Assembly: GCA_008369845.1 (NCBI GenBank)
Contig: MRSU01000166.1
Location: forward strand, 1 to 36,280
Direction: 5' to 3'
Source: Trichomonas gallinae
Lineage: Eukaryota
Length of the DNA stretch: 36,280 nucleotides
Every line of letters begins with the position of its first letter. Within the stretch, counting starts at the first letter, position 1. Positions 28,902 through 36,280 of the stretch are shown piece by piece. A program made the translations under genes and the position numbers. The notes below the pieces were generated by a model, which saw nothing but the letters and a program-made list of their open reading frames with translations, was not told where the DNA came from and made no database searches.

Positions 28902-29223
28902 GTTTATATCATTTCACCAAACTACTTAATAAAAATGTACTGAATTATGATTAAATTTAGTCTATTTTATAGTGAAAATGATTAAATTTATGTTTCATTT
29001 GTTATTTCTCAGCATCTTAATAATTTCATATAAGGAGAAGATTTTCTTGTGTTTGATGTTATTCATGTAGTGATAGTTTTTGCTTTATTATCGGAAGAAA
29101 ACAAACAAAATATATAATGCAAAGAAAATAATAAGAATCATTCAGTACTGCAATTAGTCATTGACTAGGAGTATAATAAATAGGCCAATTCCTGTCCAAA
29201 AACGAACGGATAGAATCGTCAAT

Positions 29224-29811
29224 TCAACAGCATGAATTTTGTTCTTTCTTTGGTACTAATTTCTGACTATCTGCTTTTCCTGCAGTGTTTGTCACTTGGT
29301 AAAAATGATTAGCAATGTTTTCGAAAATTCGTTGAATGCCTTCTCCTGTTTTTGCGCTTGCTTCCATGTAAATTGCATTTGATTTTTGAGCTAAAGCTTC
29401 AGCCGCTTCTTGAGTTACAACTCTTTCGTCGTTTCTATCAATTTTATTTCCGACAATAACGACATAATGGCCGAACGTTTCAGCAACGTCCAATTCTCCA
29501 ATCCAAAACTCAACCTCTCTAAAAGAATCAAGCGAACATATGTCAAAGATGACGACGGCTGCTTTCGCATCTCGATAGTATAATTTTGCGAGTGATCTGT
29601 AGCTTTCCTGTCCAGCTGTATCCCATACATTCATGTGAATCACGGAATTCTTCACTTTTATGTCGTATGTTGATAAAGCTGCTCCGAGTGTTGCTGTGAC
29701 TTCTTCTGGGAAAACACCGTATATTAGGCGCCTAAGGATCGATGTCTTGCCAGTACTTGTGGCACCAATGAGAACAACTTTCCACTGCGTTCCATAATCA
29801 ACAGGCAACAT
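29224..29811 (-). CDS. Rab family small GTPase (Rab5/21/22-like)
   Basis: GATSTGKT, WDTAGQE, YYRDA, GNKID, EASAK, C-terminal CC; Inr TCACA directly before ATG. Confidence 0.95.
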   Translation of the reverse strand: MLPVDYGTQWKVVLIGATSTGKTSILRRLIYGVFPEEVTATLGAALSTYDIKVKNSVIHMNVWDTAGQESYRSLAKLYYRDAKAAVVIFDICSLDSFREVEFWIGELDVAETFGHYVVIVGNKIDRNDERVVTQEAAEALAQKSNAIYMEASAKTGEGIQRIFENIANHFYQVTNTAGKADSQKLVPKKEQNSCC

Positions 29812-29884
29812 TGTGACACTATATAAGGTTATTTTTAGAAAAGTGACAATTTTTCCTTAAATTCGATTTTATTATTTGGCTTTA

Positions 29885-30170
29885 TCAGGATATCACAAAT
29901 GTCTACAAAACAAATCTTTATATTAATTTTATTATTTTTGAAAAATTTTTCTATGCTGTATTATTGTAGTGATGAAATACACAATATACATCAAATATAT
30001 AACAAATATTGACACAACAAATCATAATATCCATTATATTATTTTTGAAAATTTTTTCTATGCTGTATAATGCTTTTGCAGAGATGTAACATAAAATATA
30101 CGTCAAAAATATAACTAATATTGACTAAATAAGTCATAATATCCACTATGCAGAAATGAAAATATAGTTC
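29885..30170. repeat. ~107-109-bp repeat, left block (2 copies plus partials)
   Basis: ATGCTGTA...TG(T/C)AG.GATG.AA...AATATAC.TCAAA...TTGAC at 29953 and 30060. Confidence 0.8.
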
Positions 30171-30454
30171 AAATCCCTTGATATAGCAAATCTATAATAG
30201 AAATAATGCCAAAACATTTTAACATTTGATAGTAATTCATATTATTTTGGATGAAAACAAAACATACAATCTGTGTACCTCAAATTTTCAAATGTTACAT
30301 TATTGCAAAAAATGATGACTTTTCGACATTTGCCTAGTTACTTAAACATCGTATTAGTTTCACTTTTTGTTAACAATAATGGTGGCAAAAGCGTCTAGAA
30401 AAAGGGATATTTTAAATTACACTAAAATCTTGTTTTTTTTTGTTATTTTACTGC

Positions 30455-30876
30455 ACTGTTAGATACGACATTGATAAAGCAGCTCTTTAGTATGATTAGT
30501 TTTGCAAAAGCTCTAAACAAAGTCTCGCAACTTATCATAACGTCATTGATTAGACACTTTTACACTATTTGGATTTCTTTATGCGTCTGCAAAACTTCAT
30601 GCGTCATTGAAAGTATATAGAAACGTTTGCGGCAGCAATAGCCACAAAGTTATCTTCATTTGTTACAAATCTGTTGCTGTAACTGTCAACACTTCCATTG
30701 GAGTGAAACTTGTTTAGTTTATGACAAAAGAATGGGAACATACTATTCATCACAATCATGATGTTGATCCAGAACGTTTTGCTAAAGCTTTCGAAGTAGC
30801 AGCTTACTACGCTGCAAATGGGAAGTGGCCTGACCCTACACAATATGGTGCTTATATTGATGCTCTTTATACATAG
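30455..30876 (+). pseudogene. Gene relic, probably the C-terminal part of a glycosyltransferase family 61 (DUF563) protein
   Basis: One frame reads FLYASAKLH...CGSNSHKVIFICYKSVAV...KLV*FMTKEWEHTIHHNHDVDPERFAKAFEVAAYYAANGKWPDPTQYGAYIDALYT* with in-frame stops at 30547 and 30715. ASAKL..GSN...F...SV resembles the GT61 catalytic motif (recalled, not searched). Confidence 0.5.
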
Positions 30877-30959
30877 ATGTTATATAAATATGTTTTTATA
30901 AAAGCAAATTTAATATATGTGTTGATAATTACATTTAATTATTTTACTGTCACTTGTGT

Positions 30960-31183
30960 TTACAACAAAACAAGTCAAACTATTGATTATATTTTTAAAT
31001 TAATTTATTTATGCTGTATTATCCTTTTGTAGTGATGAAACACATAATATACATAAAAATATCACAAATTTCGACAAAACAAGTCAAAATATATATTTTA
31101 TTTTTATCAAATTTTTTATATGTGATATTATGCTTTTCCATTGATGAAGCACATAGTATTCATCAAGAATATCATACTTGACC
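30960..31183. repeat. ~107-109-bp repeat, right block (2 copies), same orientation as the left block
   Basis: ATGCTGTATTAT..TTTTGTAGTGATGAAA at 31011 and a diverged copy at 31120. Confidence 0.8.
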
Positions 31184-31302
31184 TTATTAATACCAATAAA
31201 AAGGAATTATTTATATAAACTAAAATATTTCAAGTATTCTTTGATAGTTTTTCTAGTTTTTGATATAGAAATATATGCTTCAATTTTAGAATGATTATTT
31301 AC

Positions 31303-32667
31303 TTAAGCATTCCTGTAGATTTCCAAGATTTCTGATTCGTTGTATTCAGGGAGTTCGAAAGGAGTTGCAGTGTTGTTGCTGAGGAACTCGATTATTGTTC
31401 CAACAGATCTTTTCTCTTCGTATTGGATGAGTTTATGCTCTTTTCCTCCCCAGAGGAAAATTGTCGGATAACCATCAAGCTCTGGAACCTCATTAGGCAT
31501 GTCATTAGCATCAACATCGAAGAAATAAATCTTGTTTGGTGTGTTTTTGAGGACGTGAGCTGTCGCATTTAATACTGGTTTGAGAACTTTGCAGTGATGG
31601 CACCATGGAGCTGTGAATGCAACGAGAACATTGTCCTTGGAATCAAGAACGAGCTCCTTGAAGAGATTTGTTGAAACTTCTTTTAATGGACCAAAATTAT
31701 TTAATTCATTAAGTGGCTTAGATACTACTGTTGGCTCGATTTTTCCATCAATAACGTTCTGAATAAACGCATCGATTGCATCCTCGTTGAATAAATCGCT
31801 TTTTTCATTGGTATAAATATATCTGAGAGCAGAATTGTTCATATTGTTATAAATGACGAAGAATGGAGCAGTAGAGCGCTCAACATTAACCTTTGTCTTG
31901 AATTGGCGCAATGCGGAAGCTGGAAGAGCAAAAGCAAATAATTTGTCAGCAAACTTGTCTGAAATGTGATTTAAGAGTTGGTATTGCTTTTCATACAAGC
32001 TATCCTCAGCTCCTTCGAGAACAAATGTCGCAGAAAATGGTTTTGATGTTGGATCAAAAGAATTGTATTGAGTGAGTTTGCATTGATCGTAATTTTCAAG
32101 CTTTGACTCAATCTTGAGGAGTTGTCTATCACATGGGCGATAAATGTAAAGGCCATTGTCGATTCCTTGAATTCCAAGATCTGAGAAAACAGATTGTTTT
32201 ACACGGAAAACCTGCTGGCTGGAGTATTCATCTGGAATGGAGTTCAAACCAATGTTGAAAATCGTGCTTGACTGAATATTCATGATTCCTCTTAATTCTT
32301 CTCCTGTTTTAATTTCGTAGTTTTCGTTGTCTTTGATAACATTGAGCCACCTGAGGAATAAACCGGCTTCTGTTGCCTTCAATGGTGTTTGAATTCTTAC
32401 GCCTTGCTGAAAAGCAATTGCAGATTTCTCAGAGACGCCATAAGCTTCTCCATCTTCAAGGGAAGCTACACAGAACCTGATGTCTTGCTTATGGAGCCAA
32501 ATACCGTAATCAGCGAACTGCATATTCGTCTGAAATTCATGTCCGAAGAATACAACGCTTTTCTGCGGACTATCAGTAAATTTCTTCAGTTCTTCACCTG
32601 TTAAAAGAGGAAGACCTGCAGTTGACAATGGATTTTTAACTTTTGTCGCTAAAAGAAATCCTAACAT
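31303..32667 (-). CDS. Protein disulfide-isomerase-like thioredoxin-fold protein (single C-terminal active site)
   Basis: LVAFTAPWCHHCK, D.DAND, GYPTI; b/b'-like central domains; hydrophobic N-terminus. Start is 32667 or 32679; the track start lies in promoter DNA. Confidence 0.88.
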   Translation of the reverse strand: MLGFLLATKVKNPLSTAGLPLLTGEELKKFTDSPQKSVVFFGHEFQTNMQFADYGIWLHKQDIRFCVASLEDGEAYGVSEKSAIAFQQGVRIQTPLKATEAGLFLRWLNVIKDNENYEIKTGEELRGIMNIQSSTIFNIGLNSIPDEYSSQQVFRVKQSVFSDLGIQGIDNGLYIYRPCDRQLLKIESKLENYDQCKLTQYNSFDPTSKPFSATFVLEGAEDSLYEKQYQLLNHISDKFADKLFAFALPASALRQFKTKVNVERSTAPFFVIYNNMNNSALRYIYTNEKSDLFNEDAIDAFIQNVIDGKIEPTVVSKPLNELNNFGPLKEVSTNLFKELVLDSKDNVLVAFTAPWCHHCKVLKPVLNATAHVLKNTPNKIYFFDVDANDMPNEVPELDGYPTIFLWGGKEHKLIQYEEKRSVGTIIEFLSNNTATPFELPEYNESEILEIYRNA

Positions 32668-32965
32668 AATAAATGTCATTTTTTTGTCATTTTGCCATAA
32701 TTTTTGCCATTTTATCAAATATTTGTGACACCCGAAATTTTTTGTCATTTTATAATTTTGACATATTATTTTTGATATTTGACACTTTATTGTCAAAATA
32801 TCAACAAATTATGAAGTTGTAAAATGAAAAAAGCAAAATGACATATAATTGAAGTCATATTTCGTATTTTTCAATAATTTACATGACGAAATCATTTTGT
32901 AAACAATTTTAGGCAGAAATTCTATCGTCAAAATTTTATCGATTATTTCAGGCACAAAAAATCTG

Positions 32966-34522
32966 ATGATTGAAGTTTCAGCGGATAACGAAGAACTTTT
33001 CCAAGGAATCATCAACTTACAGAAGATTTTAACTGATGTATCAGTTGATGACTATGCCATGGTAAAGCGTCAAATCCTTCAATCAAATTACGCTAAAAGA
33101 GATGATAAAGTTCGCGTTCTCGCAAACGAATTCATATCATTATTCATGATAAGAGAACCAAAGCTCGAAATAATCTGTGATATGATACAATCATTGGCTG
33201 GAGCTGGCTCTGAAAAAAATTGCATGGACAAATTCAAACAAATGCTTTACGCAGAACTAATTGACTTCAATTCTGCAAATGATATAGAAACAAACTTACT
33301 AATATTGAGACAATGTTCACTTAAAAGCATCTACACGATCAATCAAATTTTAGGTACAGTGGTAAAGTTCCCTCCAAGTGAGGAGGAACTATATGCTAAG
33401 ATATTCTTAGCATTTGCACCCGAATTAGATCAGTTAGAACAGAAATATTACAAGATTCACGTTCGAATTCTTTATAAACTGAATGTTGAGAACTTCTACA
33501 TTCGCAAATGCATTGATAGATACCCAACAGAACTTCGCAGAGACAGATACAAACTTCTTGGCGAAATGTTCAATTCTGGTTATGAAGTAATAAGCAAGCA
33601 ATTCACAATCAAGACAGATGATGTTGAACTACTCAAGCAGTACACAACAGTCGATGATTTTGATCCAAACATGGTCCTTGATAATTCCGCTTTTGATATC
33701 ATTACTCATAAATTCAAGCCAGATAACAAACTTACACTGATAGAGTTTGCTGCATTGTATGGTGCTGAAAAGTGTTTCCACTATTTGCTTACAATTGGTG
33801 CAAAATTAACACCTAAAATTACAATTTATTCCGTAATTGGTGGCAACAACGCTATTATAACTACAATACAAAAGGAGGGACTAAGTTTCAACAATGCTCT
33901 GCCAGCAGCAGCCCGCTACAGAAGAACTGCTCAGTTAAAATGGATTTTATCACTCAACCCTCCACAAGAGTATTTAGACAAAGCTCTAAACAAAGCAGCC
34001 AAGTACAACAGCTGCGAGGCCCTACTAGAGCTCCTCAAGGCTGGTGCTATACCTAGAAATCCTTCGCAGAACAAGCTCGCGACATCATCATTAGCAGCGA
34101 AATATGGGCATGTCGAAATCGTCGACTTCTTGCACAAGATCGGCTGCGGGCATCTACAGGAAGACCTTATTGCAGCTGCAAGATATGGCAAGCTCAATGT
34201 TTTGCCATTGCTTGCAGCAAAAGGCGGCGACATTTCAGAGATTGATTCATCAGGAAGATCTCTCTTGCATCATGCTGCAATTGGAGGGTCGAAGAGAGTC
34301 GTGAAGTATTTAATAGAGAACGGACTCAATGTTAATGAGCTCGACTACATGAAGAGGTTCCCACTTCACTATGCCTGCCTGCACAACCACATCAATGTAG
34401 TGAAAGAGTTACTTCTGAACAGAGCAGAACCAACAGGCGCCGACATTGATGGAAAAGGAATCAGCGAGCTGACAACATCCGAAGATATCAAAGCAATTAT
34501 GAAAGTTGCAAAGAATGCTTAA
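32966..34522 (+). CDS. DUF3447-type ankyrin-repeat protein
   Basis: LIEFAALYGAEKCFHYLL, SVIGGNNAII, then ankyrin repeats GRSLLHHAAIGG and PLHYACLHNHINVVKELL. Confidence 0.9.
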   Translation: MIEVSADNEELFQGIINLQKILTDVSVDDYAMVKRQILQSNYAKRDDKVRVLANEFISLFMIREPKLEIICDMIQSLAGAGSEKNCMDKFKQMLYAELIDFNSANDIETNLLILRQCSLKSIYTINQILGTVVKFPPSEEELYAKIFLAFAPELDQLEQKYYKIHVRILYKLNVENFYIRKCIDRYPTELRRDRYKLLGEMFNSGYEVISKQFTIKTDDVELLKQYTTVDDFDPNMVLDNSAFDIITHKFKPDNKLTLIEFAALYGAEKCFHYLLTIGAKLTPKITIYSVIGGNNAIITTIQKEGLSFNNALPAAARYRRTAQLKWILSLNPPQEYLDKALNKAAKYNSCEALLELLKAGAIPRNPSQNKLATSSLAAKYGHVEIVDFLHKIGCGHLQEDLIAAARYGKLNVLPLLAAKGGDISEIDSSGRSLLHHAAIGGSKRVVKYLIENGLNVNELDYMKRFPLHYACLHNHINVVKELLLNRAEPTGADIDGKGISELTTSEDIKAIMKVAKNA

Positions 34523-34659
34523 TTGTTTTTTTTTTTAAATAAAGATATTTCCCATATAATTATAGAATAACTTTGAAATTCCATCAAAATTTTAATCGTT
34601 AATGCAATTATTGTCATAAAGTCATGAAAAGACTAAAATATCAAGAATTTTTTCATAGT

Positions 34660-34750
34660 ACTTGGAATAAATATAAACAAAAAAGTTATTTCATTAATAC
34701 AGCATTGATTAATGCTTCACAAACAGGTCGCTATGAAATTATCAAAGAAA
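34660..34750 (+). pseudogene. Small ankyrin-repeat remnant
   Basis: LGININKK followed (other frame) by NTALINASQTGRYEIIK at 34696-34746. Confidence 0.55.
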
Positions 34751-34980
34751 AGAGTACATAGAATCAAATGGGTTTAATATGGGCACTAGAAATCAAATTT
34801 TTCATAGTCTAATATGCAAACAGATTTCAATTTTTTGACATTTGTCAAAACTTGTTGGATTTTCTCTTTTTGTTGGAATGAATAGTATTTTCATAAATCT
34901 CCAGCAATATCCAATTTTTAACTCAATTTAGTTTTTGACATCATTCAAAATCTCTGGATAATTTATAACATTTTTTTTTA

Positions 34981-35298
34981 ATGGCCTCTAGCTACATAAT
35001 CAACTTTAAGATTCAATACCTTGACAATGCAGACTACAAGCCTGTATCCATAAATGCAGACATGTCGTTGTCTAAGATTTGGGATAGAGTCAAAGAAGAA
35101 TTCGAAGCTGATACAATTAAGGAACCAAACCAATTTTATTGTGCCTTTGATGAAGACGAACTAGAAAACGCTGATGCACATACATTTAAAGATTATAGCG
35201 ATAAAAATATTTTGAGCATTAAAGAATTCGAGATGGCAGAAGGTCATAAAATAAACAATTCATTTATTATCTTCTGTGAGAACCAAGAAGCTGGCTAG
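34981..35298 (+). CDS. Small acidic hypothetical protein, possibly ubiquitin-like fold
   Basis: 105-aa ATG ORF after ACATTTTTTTTA; beta-beta-alpha-like hydrophobic pattern. Confidence 0.6.
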   Translation: MASSYIINFKIQYLDNADYKPVSINADMSLSKIWDRVKEEFEADTIKEPNQFYCAFDEDELENADAHTFKDYSDKNILSIKEFEMAEGHKINNSFIIFCENQEAG

Positions 35299-35803
35299 TT
35301 AAAATGATATGTAATATAATTAAACTAATTAATTAATTAATCTTGTTATAATCTAAATATCATGATAATATGTTTACATATATCCATGTACATGGGGCTA
35401 ATTATATTAAATTAATTTATAAATGCACGCTTATCCGATATTTGATGAAAAATACAATTTTGCATAGGTATTTCACCTAAAATCTAGTCTATTGGTACGA
35501 ACAATAAACACAGTTTTATTACATGCCAGTCACAACAACATCAACGTCACAGTTTTATTATAATAATTTGATCTTTAGCCAATTTTATATAAAGCACTGC
35601 AAACCTTAGCCTATATGGACGAATAACATACAACTTAAAAGATATTCTATTAATTATAAATAAAATAATTTGAAATTTGATATATGAAACAAAAATCACA
35701 AATCTCATTATAATTTCGAACATGCTCCAACAAAAGATTTAATGTTTCTATTGAGTGAAATTAAATAAAGATAATTAATAAATAATGTGACATTTTACTC
35801 AAT

Positions 35804-36280
35804 TTAGAAGTCGAACATGTCACCAAGGTCAAGTGGAGCAGCAGCTTCCTCCTCCTTCTCTTCCTCCTTAGCGGCTTCAGCAGCACCACCAGCTGGGGCA
35901 GCGGCGGCAGCAGCCTTAGCGGCAGCGGCGAGAGCCTCTGGGTCGGAAAGGAGTTTCTGGAGGTCCTCGATCTGCTTCATGTTGTGCTCGATAGCAATAG
36001 CAATGGCAGCAACATCCTTGAAAGCAGAGCCGACAAGGTGTGGAGCGGAGGCAGCGCATGGATAGCCGACGCCGAGGGCAAGGCCTGTAACGTTGCGGAG
36101 ACCAGCGCGGAACTTCTCAGCGAGAACCTCCTCTGTGATGGCAAGGATGGCTGGGTCGTACATGCTGCCGTTATCGTAGAGGGCCTCGATCTTGAGTGTA
36201 TACTTGAATGGCATGATGCCGAGGATACCGAGGATGTTAGCTTCGGAGGCACCGACCTTCTGGCCTTCCCAGATGAGCTG
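35804..36280 (-). CDS. RPLP0: 60S acidic ribosomal protein P0 (uL10), 3' part; 5' end lies beyond the window
   Basis: Frame is open to the window edge: EGQKVGASEANILGILGIMPFKY, GYP.AASAPH, Ala-rich hinge, acidic tail; GC-rich biased codons; TAAA at stop. Confidence 0.95.
   Translation of the reverse strand, partial: QLIWEGQKVGASEANILGILGIMPFKYTLKIEALYDNGSMYDPAILAITEEVLAEKFRAGLRNVTGLALGVGYPCAASAPHLVGSAFKDVAAIAIAIEHNMKQIEDLQKLLSDPEALAAAAKAAAAAAPAGGAAEAAKEEEKEEEAAAPLDLGDMFDF

Noticed and set aside
5575..31183. Spaced repeats as a possible CRISPR array
   Set aside because: Units align along their whole length, have only 2-4 copies, no cas genes are present, and the context is eukaryotic.
20148..32667. 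Secretory-pathway gene cluster (lectin, Rab, PDI-like)
   Set aside because: Interspersed with unrelated genes, and these families are large in trichomonads, so co-location is likely chance.
31303..32796. GTG/TTG N-terminal extensions in the ORF track (PDI-like, RPB6, lectin, SAPS-like, 17789)
   Set aside because: They run through promoter motifs, and each gene has a better ATG a short distance downstream.
35817..36252. Alternative-frame ORFs over P0
   Set aside because: By-products of GC-rich biased codon usage.

Overview
Eukaryotic, intron-poor, AT-rich protist DNA that looks like a trichomonad (Trichomonas vaginalis or a close relative). Support: compact intronless genes, TCA(C/T)(T/A)-type initiator sites just before start codons, an upstream AAAGTGAC motif, TAAA overlapping stop codons, and DUF3447/ankyrin and beta-helix family members. 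About 20 protein genes are present: an MFS transporter, DNA primase small subunit, a SAPS-like protein, a UVR-motif coiled-coil protein, a 1582-aa PH/charged-helix protein, two beta-helix membrane proteins, an L-type lectin, an LC8 dynein light chain, an EF-hand/CaaX protein, RPB6, a Rab GTPase, a PDI-like protein, an ankyrin protein, ribosomal P0 (cut by the window edge) and several hypotheticals. Intergenic DNA holds decayed ankyrin pseudogenes, a probable GT61 glycosyltransferase relic flanked by copies of a ~108-bp repeat, and other degenerate tandem arrays. The most notable observations are (i) an exact 11-mer TGACATGTAAA in sense orientation about 30-70 nt upstream of five genes and (ii) two, possibly three, intact genes with TTG where ATG is expected. 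No CRISPR, rRNA/tRNA or recognisable transposase was seen. Many ORF-track starts use GTG/TTG and were moved to the ATG. All family calls come from motif recognition by eye; no searches were run.
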